Shown: positions 26,360-41,700 of the stretch, piece by piece
Position numbering within the stretch: the first letter of the stretch is position 1
How the letters are laid out: the number at the start of each line of letters is the position of its first letter
DNA from: Bigelowiella natans CCMP2755
Lineage: Eukaryota; Protista; Cercozoa
Length of the DNA: 60,627 nt
Assembly: GCA_000320545.1 (NCBI GenBank)
Contig: ADNK01000586.1
Location: 1-60,627 of the forward strand
Direction of reading: 5' to 3'
Notes under the pieces: model-generated
The model's database searches: none
Seen by the model: the letters and a program-made list of their open reading frames with translations, nothing else
What the model was told of the DNA's origin: nothing
Translations under genes and position numbers: made by a program

Positions 26360-27344
26360 CATGACACAGAATGAATGTGAGTATGTGTTGTACGCATAGC
26401 GTAGCTGCTTTAGGTGGCAGCGACATCTTCGGTCTGACGATATGAGAACTATTTCAGTGCAGATACTAAAGAACGAAAGTTGCACATGTGTCTAAAGATG
26501 TGTTGTGTAGCTGTCTTGCTGCGCGCTGCTCGAAAGGGTTGATGCTCGCGTTCCAGGTTGCGACTGCGCATGCTAGCATGATTGAGTTACATGTACACGG
26601 GGGTGCTGTACATGCATGCTAGCATGCATCGATCGTGCATGCTGTAGTACGCAGCACGCGAGCTATGTCGGATAAACGAGCAAGTATTTAGCCCCACCTA
26701 GAGCAAAATGTGTGCATCATATAGTTTTTGTACCAGTACGTACGTGCGTGAGATCGAATCCATGCGCATGTACACACTAGCACATGCATAAAGATCATGT
26801 CACCTCCGTTCGATTCTATATCCACTCATGGCAATAAAGAAAGGAGTTTAAGGCATCATCACCTGTTGTGCGTTTCGTCAGTTACTGCTATATAGACATG
26901 CAGCCTTAGCGGGCATGGAGCAGCATATGTGTTCCCCACATGCTGTATGCATGCGCCGCACAACCATTCGTGATAATCGTATGCAATAGCTGCAAATGCG
27001 CGCATATTTAGCTAGATAGAAGCAGTGGAGAAACAGATTGACTAGGTGATGATTACTAATGAATGTATTGCTGTACGTCTGGATTCGATTCATACAATGC
27101 AGCATGCAATGGTGAATGAGGAATCCTTTATCATTACTTACCTGATGATTAGAACCTGTACGAACTAACAATCGTGAGAATAAAAAAATAGAAATAAATA
27201 ACAATGTAGCAACATCGATAGGCAAAGGCCTAGTGACGCTACAACATTTAACTGGTTGGGTTATCATACGCAAGAGCGCTGCCCATGTAGTATGTGGCGA
27301 TAAACGACGCCCGGGGGAACACTCGTATCCATTCCAGAAGCGAC

Positions 27345-27854
27345 TTAGTCGAGATCGACATCCCTGCCTAGTGTGATGGCGGTGCGCATCTTGGCCACCA
27401 TCGTTTCGAGAGATTTGTACGGCGGAAGGTCGAGGGTAAAGAAGCACGTGTGGGAAATGGGGAGATGGCTGATCTCCCCGTCCGGGCCAGTCGCTCGGTG
27501 TGGAAAGTCGTGGATTTTGAACTTGTTGGACGCCCACTCATCGCTGTCTTTGGGGTAGAGTCGGGACCTCCCCCAGACGAATCGCAGAAACTGCCGCCTT
27601 TCGTCGTTGTCAAACAGTTCGTGCATCATCTTCCAAAATAGCTTCACGTGCGCGTCGTTCTTGCTGCACCCGCCGTACGTCGTGTTGGCCTCTAGGAGAT
27701 CCACGTCGATCGTAGCCGTCCCGCACACCTTGATACACACACACACACACGATGGTGGTGGTGGTAGAAATGAGGAAGCTGTGTGCGTGCAAATCCACTC
27801 GAAAGTGATGATTAGAGCGGGCACGTATGTTTGAAGAGCCATCAGTTATCATCG

Positions 27855-27887
<33 letters not shown>

Positions 27888-27998
27888 GTTTCATATACCG
27901 ATTTCTCGAGCTGGCCATGCGTCATCAGCGACAACGCGTCTCCGGGAACCACCTTCTCTATGCCTACGCGCACAAGGACAGGAGGTGATGATAAGTAG

Positions 27999-28030
<32 letters not shown>

Positions 28031-28895
28031 GTGATGGTGATGATGACAGAGCCAACGACGACGACGACGACCACGACGACGACGAACATAGAAACATAAA
28101 CATAATATTCTCAGCCCAAGGAAAGCGCACGTCACGTGGGTTGGCAGGTACACAGGCAACACCACCAGTATACCTCTACGAATCGCTTCGCACTGCGGCG
28201 CGAACTCAAAGAGGCGCGCATCCCTGAGCAGCTTGATAAACGTGCTGCAGTTGTCCCACGTCACAAGGACGCTCTGGCCGTCGGCCACGAGATCTATCAT
28301 CCTGCCCTCGACGCAGCCAGGCCGGCGGAATGTGAGCATTAAGTCGGTGAAGTCGTAGGAGAAAGGGTCATCGGTCGTCTTCTTTCCGTCGCCTCTACCC
28401 CCCCCCTCTGCACCCTTTGCGTCGTCGGCGTGATGTTTGAAGTCCGCCTCCTCCTCCTCCTCCTCCTCCTCCTCCTCCTCCTCCTCCTCCTCCTGCTGCT
28501 GCAACTGTCGCTGCTGTATCATCTTGCGGATGCTCCTGATGATCATGGATGGCCGCTGGTCAAACTCGTGCAGATCGGACTCGTCGGGCTTTTGAAATAT
28601 GAGGTGTCCAATATGGAGGAGGAGGAGGAGAAAGGGGGGGGGGGGGGGACTAGGTGTAAGGGGAGGACTGACGACGGCGCCTACTCGGGGGTATGATGAT
28701 ATCTCTAGAATCCTTCTATCTAACTACGGCTCATCATCACACATGACGTGGTACTACCTCTCGGAGCAGCAGCTTCCAGACGAGGGAGGGAAGCTGCATG
28801 TCGAGGTAGTGACTGCGGAAAACGCACAATATTACACAACATATATGCACAATCAGAGCAGAGTAGCAACGACGACGATCATGATGATGACGATC

Positions 28896-28926
<31 letters not shown>

Positions 28927-28979
28927 CGATAAGATCCGGCTGCCAGACCCCTTAACACCCACACAATCATACACACATA

Positions 28980-29010
<31 letters not shown>

Positions 29011-29983
29011 GCCCACACGCCTGAGGATAACGATCCGTCATTAGCAGAATAAAACCTGTTCCGTAGCGTCGTCCCAATCAGCATTCCGATGAACCCGAGC
29101 ATGCGGAGATGCAGAGGCTCGGTGGCCTCAGGGGATGGGATCCATTGATCCTAACACCAGAAAACGCGCAATTTCATCATTCTCAGCACCGCACCGTCAC
29201 GGTGTGGCGAGTGGTAAGTATGGAATAGGCAAAATGGCTCTTCTCGCCTACCCTATTGTGTCCTCCTCTCTTTCAACCCCCTCCCCCCCCCCCCTCCTCC
29301 CTTGCCACTCCTCATCACGGCGGTACCTGGTACTGGCCGTCCTGGGTGCGCGCGTTGGGTGTTTGGATGAAGAGGGGGAGGCAGGATGATTGGAGCTCCT
29401 CGATCATCTCGCTGATGACGGTGCGGTATGGTCCGCCAGCATCGATGGATCCGTAGCCGAGAAACTTCACATTGAATATTCGAGAGGAGGCTGCCTCTGG
29501 CGGGACCCGGAAGCACCACGTGCTACACCGCTGCATTTGAGAGTACACCTGTCGGCAGTTATGAGTCAGGTATGGAGAAAACAGAAGGGGAGGGAGGAGA
29601 CGGGGAAGGGGGAGGGGGGGGGGAGGGGGGGGAGAAGGAAAGGGGGAGATGCGAAAAATCCAAACGACGGCGAGACGACGCTAACGTGAGCAACGACCTG
29701 GAAGAACACAGTGTTCTTGAAGCCCTCTTCCTCCTGCTTTGCCGCTGCTGAGAACGACGATGGGGCTCTATCAGCGTCGCCCTTCTCCTCCGTCCCTGGT
29801 CCTCCTCCTCCTCCTCCTCCTCCTCCTCCTCCTCTTCCTACTACATCTGTTACAGCAGCTGCGGGCGGGGAATAGGACAAAACATATATTTTTTGAAAAT
29901 GGATTTCCGGTCAAGATTGTGCGAAGAAGCTTTGTCCACTTCTCTGAGATGTTTCCTCCTCTTCATCTGTTTGTTGCTCTTCT

Positions 29984-30025
<42 letters not shown>

Positions 30026-31106
30026 CTTGTAGTAGCACTACTTATATAATCTGCTGCAGCTGCTACAACAATTACCACTACAAATACTACCACTACTAAT
30101 TACTACTACTAATTACTACTACTACTACTAATGATAATAATAACAATAATCATAACTATTACCTCCTGTGCCCCCCCCCCTCCACGATGCTGACAGTTGC
30201 CCCGTCGCCACCGCATCGGTATCCGCAGCAGAGGCCGATGATGCCGTTGACGACGACGACGTCGTGGCAGCAGCAGCTGCTTGCTGATGCTTGTAATCGT
30301 AGGCCTTTCGCCTGTGTACCACGATATTCTCCGAGATTTGAGGGCCTCGCTCCCGGTCAAAGTGCCGTATGGCGACGTCCAAAATCCGCCTCTTGTGCCG
30401 CCAGAAGAGAAGGCGCTTGATCCTCCGCACACGCGAGCCGAGGGAGGACGGGTGCGTCTGGGAGAAGTCTACGATGGTGTGCAGCCACGGCTCAATGAGC
30501 TCGTTTGCTTTCTGAATGAAGAAGGCCCGCCTCTGCAGCAGCGCCAGGGGGTTTTCCGATAGCCGCGAGGCGGCGTGGACGTCTGGCATGCGGAGGACCT
30601 CATTCTCGTCGGGGGTAAACTTCCTCGGCTCTACGAACGACGCGGAGAGCCCGCAGCGATCGCAGAATCTGAGAGTAGTAACATCGAGCTCACCCATCAT
30701 CATCGCGCATTACGAGTACTAAATACACCGTCTTTCGCAGCAGCAGCAGCAGCAGCAGCAGATAGTGTTCTCTGGCCCATCCACTAGCCAGTAAGGGAAG
30801 TGCGGAAGATGACGCATGCTACTACTGCCTCCCACCCCCCCCCCCCCCTTTCCCCCTCCTCCTCCTACCACTATTACTATCATACATCGTGCTGCTGCTT
30901 ACTTTTCAAAGAGCTCCACCAGCTGGTAGTCCGCTTTCGGGTACAGCCGGAACATCGTCCCGATCACTCTCACCGCGTAGTTGCTGCTGTTGCGCGCGAG
31001 GGCCCCCCTCGCGGCGGTGATGGCGGCCGTCCGTGCTGCGTCGCCAACTGCATTGGTGATGTGCGCTCGGAATATGGACTCTTCGCATAATCTGTCAACG
31101 TGTATG

Positions 31107-31141
<35 letters not shown>

Positions 31142-32210
31142 GCGTGTGCGTGTGCGTGTGCGTGTGCGTGTGCGTGTGCGTGTGCGTGTGCGTGTGCGTG
31201 TGCGTGTGCGTGTGCGTGTGCGTGTGCGTGTGCGTGTGCGTGTGCGTGTGTGCGGTACTTTAGTGTTTTGGAAATCGCTCTAGTAGAGTTTTATGGCTAC
31301 CACCCTTACTACCGAATACCGCTACCACTGCTGTTTCTGCTTCTCTACGAGTAGTAATAACACCTGAAATCGTAGAACTCCTGGCCCGTTTTCTTCTTCC
31401 ACTCGTTGGCAAGTTCCTGGGCAAAGTTGGTCGCCACATGCACCTCCTCCCGCCGCTGATGATGGTGATGATGATGGAGGAGGAAATGTTGCGAATTCTC
31501 GTGTTCCGACGAATAGTAATATCGCTGGTAGTAGTTCTTCTTTCCCTCCACCTCCTCCCCCTGCTGTTGTTGTTGTTTTTGAGTCCTCGCGATTGCAACG
31601 ACAGAGCGAATCGGCTGCAGCGCATCGATGAGGAAGTCAAGCTGGACGAGTCGGAGAAACCACGGATGCTTTGCATAGGCCTCCTTCATTTCGTCAGCAA
31701 TCTTGATGCTGCTGCTGCTTTTATCATCGTCCTCGTCATTTCTCGCCTTGTCTTTTCCTTCCTGCTCCTTTTTATCTTCTCCAGGGTCTTTAGTCGCTGC
31801 CGCCACTTCCTCCCTCCCCCCCTTCTCAGTCTCCTTCTTGCTCGACAGGGTTGATGTCGATGAGGGTGGCGATGACAGTGCTATGGATGCTATTGCTGGC
31901 GTTCTCGCGAGCGTCGTCCTCCACGTAGACAGGTTTACTTCCACAATCGCTCGGAGAAATGTAGGAGCCTTACAATACAAGCGACCGTTACGATCTCATC
32001 ACTCATATTTATCAAAAACATGCAAGCAACATCTCAACAGCGGGAAGTAGCACAGCGTGTACCTTCTGGGAGCTGAGAATGGCCTTTTCAATGTCATACC
32101 TGCTCGAAGAGGAGGGAGCGGGGGGGGAGGGGGCAATCGAAAGGTGGGGCGGGAGGAGGCATCAAGCACCAACAAATAATCGCGCGCGCGCATAGACACA
32201 CACACACACA

Positions 32211-32244
<34 letters not shown>

Positions 32245-34131
32245 ACGTAACCCCGCCAACAATCGCCAACAGCACCGTTACTTCCTCATCTCCCCCTCCC
32301 CCTTTTCTAGGTAAATTGGCCACTACTTCGATCTCGACATCTCGGCCTGCAGCTGGGCGGCCAGGTGGCGGAAGATGGCTCTATTGAGGTTGATAGTCCG
32401 CCGAGTGCGGATGAGAATGCTAAGGACGCGCACAAGAGCGAGTTTCGTCCCCTCGCTTGTACTCGTGGTGAGGAAAAGAAATATGAGGTCCAGCAAGCGA
32501 GGCGACAACAAACGTTGCTGCAGCTGCTGAAGCGTCGCCGAGCCGTCGAGATTGCTGATTCGTTTTAAAAAATCGTGAAACGTGGGGGGGGGTGATAACG
32601 ACGATGACGATATTGACGATGACGATATTGACGATGACGATATTGACGATGACGATATTGACGATGACGATATTGACGATGACCAATATTTTGCGCTGGT
32701 TTTTTTTTTTTTTTCTTTTTTTCTGGTGACAAATGGAGATATAGAAACAAGCGGAAGAGGGAGGGAAATAGAGAAGGGGGGGGAGGGGAGAGGAGGAGCA
32801 CGTACTACTACTACGACTACTACTACGACTACTAGTACCACTTCGCTTGTATCTCGTCGGTGCAGTCGATGATGAAGATCAGCAGCCAAATCGCGAAGCT
32901 AACGCTCGGAAACGAGCTCACATCCACCGCGCGCTCGAGGTACGAGGCGTTCCGCGGCGCCCTCTCGTAGGCACCAATGATCTCCGACACCTCGCACGGG
33001 TTGATTTTCATCGAGCGTTTGACGGCGGGCCCTGGAATCAAGGAGCGCGCGAAATGGCAGCTCAGCTGCCTCACGCACTCATCGGATATGAGCCCGAGAG
33101 TTCTCATAGTCGACGCCGCGGCAGCCGCTTTCTTCGTGGTCGTCTCCCCCCCCCCCTTCCCCAGGCTCATCACCGCCTGCGTGAGGATGTGGCTACGGAG
33201 GAACTCGAGGCAGGGCTTGTGTTTGAGGAAGAATAGGCTCCGGAGAAGAAGCATTAAACAGCTGCTGCTCGAATCACCCGCGGGGGTGCTAGCGATGAGA
33301 GCAGTGGAGGAGGGGCTTGTCTTTCCCGCCGCCTCTTCCTCCTTCTCCCCCCCCTTCTTATCCTTATCGGTCTTCTCAGCCTTCCTCTCGGGAGCAATCT
33401 CTGTTCTTCGTGTGCCGTTATCGCCGTCGCAAGTCGCCTCCCTCTCCTCCTCCTCCTCCCCTTCCTCTTCCTCGCCGTCATCAGAGGAGGTGGTAACGAG
33501 GGTGAGGAGGCAGAGGATGGTGAGGCGAGAGGCCAGCGCGCGTTCGGTAAGGAGAAGGCGCAGCTTCAGCTCAACGGTCCCCATTCCGCGAAATCCCCAT
33601 ATGTCGAGAAGAAGTTTCTGCCAGGCCTCCTTGCTGGCAGCAGAGGTCGTCGTCGCGAGATACCCAGCAGCGACGCTGCCCATCATCCGCGCATTATTAC
33701 TCCTCATCATTCTCCGCACCATCGATGATGATGCTGATGGGGAGGAGGGGGAGGAGGGAGATGATGATGATGATGATGATGGCGACGACGATGAGGGCGA
33801 GGAATGGGCGCCCGCCCTGTTGGTAGAAGTGGAGGTAGAAGCATGGCGCCGCAGCGACCGGATCAGGGATGATGATCGAGGCGATAACGGCGGCGCAGTC
33901 GAGGGGGACATTGGAGGCGTGTTAGCACCACCGTTGCTTTCCTTGTTGTCTTCGTCAGGGGGGGGGGAAGTGGTTAGAGTGATGCTAGCTCCTCCTCCTC
34001 CTCCTCCTCCTCCTCCTCCTCCTCCCCCTCTAGATCCGCCTCCGGTTCTCTCGTGGAATTGAACGTGGTGACCATCTAGCATCCCTAAGAGATCCTAAAT
34101 TGATAGAAGATGACGATGGAAAGGAGGAGGA

Positions 34132-34171
<40 letters not shown>

Positions 34172-35987
34172 GAGGAGGAGGAGGAGGAGGAGGAGGAGGA
34201 GAGGAAGAGGCACGAGATATCAGCACTATCTGAATCAAAAGGTCACAACAACATGAAGCTGTTATTATGACAGCGTTTGTCCCTTCTTATCTTTTCTCCC
34301 CCTCCCTCTCCCCCCCCCTCCCCCGCAGAACTACTATTACAATTTCAGAGCGACGACGACGACGACGATTACGACATGCGAAAAGGTACCTCCTCTTGGC
34401 CGCTGCTATCCGAGCGGGAGAAGGCCTTCACATCCAAATCCTCCAGTCTCATCGGGTGAGCCCTAGCCTCTCGGGACAACAACTGGACGAGGGCCGAGGA
34501 CATCTCCCCTCCAGCTGCTCTCATGGCCTCCTCGCACTGCTCAGGCGTATACCCTAGCCAGCCCATACGCTTATGGAAGGCCTTGCGAGTGTCGCTGTCG
34601 TAGAGCACCTCCCTCCAGACGTCGAAGCCGCGGTCATTTCTGCGAGATGCTGGCATCGTCAGAGCAGAACCTGCTCGTTCGCTGCCCCCATATTTACCAT
34701 CAGGCAATGGGCGTTGTTGCTGCTGCTGCTGCTGTCGTCGGCGAAGCTGCCACTCTCGCAATGCGATCCATGCGTCCGTAAGCGAGTATCTGTGCTCCTT
34801 CAGCGCTCCGCACAAGACGTCGTCGGGAACAGAGGCCATGTACGCGGAATTACCAAGGTAGAACTGGAGACGTAGTATCTGCGTGCTCCGCCGCACGTTC
34901 GACCTGTGAAGCGTCATCACCACGTCAGCACGTTAGGAGGGGCGGCGACCGAGACGGGGGAGAAAAAAAGGGAAGGTGGGTCACGACTTGCGGCGTGGCA
35001 AGTCTGGCGGAATAGTGAGCAAGTTGTTACCACGTGTCGACCACCCCAAGACAGAGGGGAGACTTCGGGGAAAAAAAAACAAAGAGAAAACCAGGAAAAA
35101 CGAACAGCATCATCCCCGCCCCGCCCTTCAGTGATTACCACTGCGACAGGAGCCCCGTTGTTGCGTTGAGCACGTTTTGGAAGCCAACCGACAGGTAGTA
35201 TGACGACTGCGAGATGTGGAGGAAATCACCTGCGCTTACCTTTGGCGAGGCGCCGCTGCTGCCATATGACCACACTTGGAGTTGTACATTATCGCCCTTC
35301 CACGATGGATATCTTTCCGAGACAGCAAAGCAAACTGCCAACGACGACGCGGCGCGCGGTGCTCCTGCTCGAGGCGACCCCCACGCCTTATTCGCCGTGT
35401 TGAGGGTGTCATCAGGAATACCTTTTGCCTCTGTGGTTGGGGCGGCAGTGATAGCGGAGGAAGCGTTGGCCACGGCTGCTGCTTGAATATCACTCGCAGC
35501 GGCCTCTTCATCTTCTTTCTTCAGCCCCCTCTCTCGCCCCCCCTCCTCGATTTTTCGCAGCAATATCTCGTTGCAGGAGGAAAGAATGAGCAAAGCGCAT
35601 TTGTGGGCGAGGGGAAGCTCCATGGGCTCGCAGGGGAAGAATGGCATGTGATCTATCATCACTACTAGTAGCCTCTCGGAACTGATGCCTGAGTGGATTA
35701 TTATGGTGGTGGTGATGATAATTATGATGATGATGATAGTAGCAGTGGGAGAAGAAACGATGGCGATACGGAGGACCATCGACGGGGGGACGGACGGTGA
35801 TGATTAAGTAATGTGCGAGAAGGGAAGAGTTGTTCGCTGTTGGACGCATTTGCACCTTTCTTCATTTACCCCTCCCACTCCATTAAATGTATACTACATA
35901 TCATCAATGCACGTGCGCGTCCCTCCCTTAGTTGACGTCTCATGCAACGAAGCTGTGCAAGGAAAATTGGCATATCGTATTCATATT

Positions 35988-36021
<34 letters not shown>

Positions 36022-37161
36022 CCCACCCATCAGAACGTCGATCTTTGAAATAACGTCAAGAGCTGTGCTACGACTGCTGCCCATGTACATCGACCTCGGC
36101 ACCTCTTTCTCCAATAACAGCTCTGTCTCCTCCTCTTTCATCCCCCCTCCCCCCCCCTCTCCAACCACTTCCTTGGCAACGACAGCGGCGACGCGGAGCA
36201 CCAGCACTGGTCCCGCGAAAGACTTTTGCATCACCATCTCCGCTCTGACTAATCTTCCACCAGCGCCGCCGCGGCGGCTGCTGTTGATGTCATCATTACT
36301 CTCATTCCTCCTCCTGCTGGCCGCCGCTGCTAAATGGGGGCCGTAGTCAATGAGCTCGTGCGTCGTCATCGTTGTCGTCGAGTTTGAGGGATTGGTCGCG
36401 TTGATTGATGAATCACCTCCACACTTCAGTATGCAAGGAAACCGGCAGACGATGAGGTTAGGAGCTTGTTTCTTCTTCTTCTTCTTCTTCTTCTTCTTCT
36501 TCTCCTTCTTCTCTTTACTCTTGTTCTCCTTCATTCCTTTCTTTCCTTCATCATCAGCGACACCAACTTCATCGCTCGCAGCAGCGGTGGTGGTAGATGC
36601 CTCTTCCTCCGAGAGTTGTTGAGCTTTAGCAGCGAATCCTGCCTCCTTGCCCTCAAATGGATTGGAACTTGCATCAGTTGGTAGCTGCTCCTTCCCCTGA
36701 TCGATGACGACGTGGATCTTGTGATTAGCGGCGCTCGCCATCCCATCCATACCAGCTTCTTCGCTCTTATCTTCCTTCCGCTCATCCTCGTGCTCCGTCT
36801 GCTCTTGACAAGGCTTTATATTAGGGCTGTCGATCTGTTTCCTCTCCTCCCCCTCTACCTCCTTTGTTGTATTCTTCTCCTTCTCCTCCCCCCCCCCCTC
36901 CTCTGTTGGCTTACTAGCTATCACCGCCTCGTCGTCGGTTGGATCGAGCTCCAGAACGGGGAAGTCGTTGCTCAGGCTAGAGTCGCGCCCCTCTGCGGAG
37001 GAAACTCTCTCTCCTCCTCCTCCTCCTCCTCCTCCTCCTCCTATTCCCTCTCCTCCTTCTTTCTCAGACTCTTCGGTTGGTGGCCACAGGGGCGGTGGAA
37101 AATCACCACTATGTTTCGGCAAGAACTGAGCTTTCACCTTCTCGCCGCCGTCGCCACCACC

Positions 37162-37200
<39 letters not shown>

Positions 37201-38665
37201 CGCCTCGAAGTTGATATTCACCGGGTTTGAAACGGTAAATCCTATGGCGAAGCACGCAATCTTCTGGCGCTCCGCCTCTTGTTGCTCCTGCTTCTCATCG
37301 CCGTCCCCGATGCTGGCTTGGTGGTGATTGTTCGCGAGGGCGCAGAGAAGCACGTCGTTCTCCTCTCCCCACATCCTGGCCCTGAAGCCCGTGGGGCAGC
37401 CCCTCCCTCCGGCCGCCGAGCGCCTTACCAGATTAGGAACCCTTGCGGTGGTTGTGAGATTAGCGGCGGAGCGTAGACGTATTTGCATTTACAGAAAACA
37501 GCCAACGCAAGGAAGCATGAAGGGAAAATGGGATCACGGAGAAACAAGGATGATTCGGGAAGAATCAGGAGAGGATGAGAGGGGCAGAGGTGATATATCT
37601 ACTAACACTTAAAATACTGCCGCAAAACTTGACTGTGAGCAGCCGTCCACTTTACCAACTACTAACTACTACACACCTTATTCCTCCTCGCAGCGATATC
37701 TTAGTCTCCCCCTCGTCTCCTCCGCGAGGATTCCTATGCATCCGGAAGATGCCGGCAGGCGGAGGGGGGTAGGCGCTGCCGCTGCTGAAGAACCCACTCA
37801 CGATCGTCACATCCTCTTTCCTCCCTTTTGCCGCCTCATTGTCGTTCTCCTTCCTCTTCGTCGTCGTGGTAAGTTGCTGCTCGAGGGAGAGCAGCCGCCG
37901 GCGCAAAATGACCACGTTTGAGCTGGGGAGCCCCTCGCGGCTGAGCGTCGTCGACGACGGCGAGAAGGCCACGGCGGCGGAGGAGGAGGGGGAGGAGGAA
38001 GAGACGGCGGTGGTAGTGGAGAATGAGAGCATGAGCTCTTTCAGAATGCGGATGAAGCGACGCTGCTGCTGCTGCTGTTCCTTTGGAGGAATTGGACGAG
38101 CTGCTCCGTCCGCGTCATCGCCGTCGCCGCCGCTGCCGCTGCTGCCGCTACTCACACTTGGGAGATGCTGCGACATGAGTAGCTCCATGGCCACGCGCAC
38201 GCATCGTCGACGCAGCGAGGCGAAGGCAAGCTCCAGCTCCAAGCGATAGGCCAGGGGGAACTTGGGGCGCGGCATCTCGAGGAAATCAAACAGCATCTGC
38301 AGGATGGAGGACAGGTCCGCGTCCTGCTTCCGGAGCGGCTTGGGCTGCAAAGGCGTTAGCTCGCCGATGTTGCGAATCGCGACGCGGCCACTGCTGTCCC
38401 CCATCACGTGCATCTTCTGCGTTCTTCGATCGAAGGCCTCGCTGTTAAGGGGCTCCTGGATCATCGCCGTCCCGAGCTCCGTGCCGCCATCGTCCGTGAC
38501 GAACGACACGCGAGAGCCGTCCTGCACCACTGCGACGTGACCGCCCAGAATCGAGAGCGCTGGCATCACCTTTTGTTTGGCCGGAGGAGGAGGAGGAGGA
38601 GGAGGAGGAGGAGGAGGATGAAGGGATGATAATGGCGGGTAGCAGTGGGCGGGCGTGCGTGCACA

Positions 38666-38706
<41 letters not shown>

Positions 38707-41700
38707 ATGTACTTGTTACTGCACCTTTTCATATATGATAGCTCTTAGCTGTGCGATGTCGTAGTAGTTGCTCCCCGAGCGGCGTTGCTGCCGTTGTCGA
38801 GCTTCGGGCCTCGAGCTGTGGATGCTCGCTTTTTGGTCGATTTGCTCGTGCTTATTCTCTCCCGCGAGACCTTCTTGACCGAATTCTACCGGTGTATCAC
38901 CGACGTTGCTGCCCTCTTCGTGAGCTGCTGCGAGAAACGTGCTGCCGCCACCGAATGGATTGGCATCGCTACCGACGATGCTGCCGCTACCGCCCTCACC
39001 GACGTCTCCTTCACCGAACCCGCTATCGAAGGGGCTCGTGGCAGTAGCGACAGCAGCAGAAGCATCGCCGCCGCCCATTCCGTTTCCAAAGGGATTTTTG
39101 CTGAAACTGACTTTGAAATTATTGGATGTGCTGCTGCGGCGCGTGCTGCTATCATCGCCCAACCGCTCGATATCCGAAGACACACTGCCAAAGGGGTTGA
39201 ATCCGGAGCTGGCTCTACCGAACGATGGAGCACGATCCGGGGAAGGAGGAGGCATCTCGCCATGGTCTAATGCTGGCTGTTGTTGTTGTTGCTGCTGCTG
39301 CTCTCCTTCGTTCTCCTTCTTCGCCTTTAACTTCACAGCTACAGAAGCCGCCAAATCGGCCTGATCTTCGTCGTCGTTAGCGTCGTTGAGAAGGCTCCAT
39401 GCTGCGCCTTTAGGCTCAGTTGAACCGCCAGCCTCATTGTCGTCGTCGTCGTCGTCATCGTTTGCATTGTGCGAGCGTTTTCTTTGGCGTCTTTTCGTCC
39501 TCAGCCGGTACCTTTTCTTGGAAGACGAGGAAGATGACAGTGAGGAGGCTCCTTCGATACTGAAGGGAGATGATGACTGGCCCCCGCCTCCTCCCATTCC
39601 TCCTATCATCATCACATCAGTAGCACCCGCGGTTGCTCCGAACCAATCGTCGCCGAACCTACAGCAGCATGAGGAATGATAACGGTGATGATGAGTGCGG
39701 TTTTTCACCGACGACAGGGAGGAGGAGGAGGAGGAGGAGGAGGAGGAGGAGAGCTGATTCTGCCGCGGCAATGTATCTTATATCTCTATCTAATTAACAC
39801 CTCACCATAGTCCCATATATGATATGATGATATGACGTCGAAACCCCGAACATACAATTGCTCCTGACTGCTACTTCCTACTACTCCTCCTCCTACCGCT
39901 ATCTTCACTAGTACCCGGCAGATCCTTCAAGATGCGGCACGACGAAAGGCGTACGAGCTCCTCCCATTTTTCTTGCCTTTTTCCCAGCGGAGAAGGGATT
40001 GGTCGCCACCGCTGCCGCCGTTCGGGTCCCCCCCCCCTTAACCAATCCCATCTTGCTCTCTTTCCGCTTCCAGTCTTCTTTTCCCTCCTTTCTCTCCCCC
40101 CCCCCCCCCCACCTCTGTAAATTTCATGTTGACTTCTCCCCCTTTGTGCTCTTTCCGGTGGTCCTCTGCTTCTACTATTTCTTCTTTTTCCTCCTCCCCC
40201 TCCACCACTACCTCCTCCCCCTCCCCCCACTGCTTGAATGCGCTCCCAGCTTCGCTCAGCGCGCGCAGGTTCGACAGCATGTGGGCGCTCATGATGGGGT
40301 TCCAGTGCTTCGACTCGAGCATGGCGCGGCAGAGTAGCACGAGGTCCTCCAGGTACTTTTTCGAGGAGGTAGATGCTGATGATGACGACGGCGACGACGA
40401 AGGCAATAATGGTGATGACGGCGATGTTGGCATGATTGTTGTCGAAGCCATCATCGTCATCATCATCAGGGGGGGTGGGAGCCCCTTACCCCCCCCCTCC
40501 CCTCCTCTAGGAAAGCACGACGACGTTGGCACGAGAGGATTGTCATCCAGGAGGGGCGTGCTGGAGCTTTTGGCGATCATGGTAATCAGCGCCGCGACGA
40601 GTGAGGAGCCGTTGTCCTTCTCCTGAGCGTCGGACCAGCGCATGCTGCCCTTGGCCCGGGGAGAGATGATCTCCGTCTCTGACGACGTCGCGGATGAGGA
40701 GGAGAACAGGAAATCGCCCGGCCGCGTCCTTGGTAGCGTGACCCTGAGCAGTTTCACAGCGACTCTCCCCGCCGCCGCATAGCCCTTCTCATCGTCAGCG
40801 GCGCCGCCGCTCTCGGTGCTGCTGCTTCTCCCACCGCTTGCTCTGAAAGCAACGTGCCAGAAGAGCTCCAACCACTTTCCAGTCGAGAGGGCGCTGCGGA
40901 CTCCCGGCGCCGCAGAGCACGCCAACAGCAGCGCCAGCCGCGAGGCGACAAAGACCTCCGTCTCGGCCGGGCCGATCTTTTCCGCGCGCGGTTTTAGATA
41001 TTGCATATTCCACGGGTAGCTCCCCCCCCCCTTGATGTACCAGGCGTTCAGCAGCTTGCTCATCGTCATCGTCCGCTGGAGCTGCCGCCAGTAGTCCTCG
41101 CTGGAGAACGTGAAGTTGGAGAGCTGCACGAGCGAGACGTCAGCGTAGATGGAGGCCAGAAGTTGCCCGAGAGTGCTGGTCGGCGCCTTCGACGTCGTGA
41201 GGGCATCTTCCTGTCGCCATGTACTAATCAACGACAGCGCATCTGTGAATGGGGTTCTTTCCTCAGCATCAGTGACCGACGATCTCTCTTCGGCTCCACC
41301 TGCCTCTTTCTGTTCGAGCTCCCCCTCCTCCGCCGCCGCTGATATCGCCGTCAGCATCTGGAGCAGGAGCCAGGAGGCCATTCGCACAATCTGCGGGCAC
41401 ACGATACGCAGCTGGTACAATGGCGACTGCTTCGTCGACGACAACGGTGATAAGGAGGAGATCGACGTGGAGAGCCCAGGAGCTAGCAACGGTGGCGATG
41501 TCATTGCATCAGGGACAAGCGGCTGCTGTTCATCTTCTGGTTTCTTCTTAGAGTACTTCGGCAGGGACGCCAGGGGACGCAGCACTTCCAGGAGCGAGTA
41601 CGAAATCCCCCCCCCCTCCCCCCCCCCTGCCCCCTCTTTCCTCGACGGCTCCGCGCTGCCGGTGCCAGCGATGGCGTGGTCCAGGCGGAACCGCATGGCG

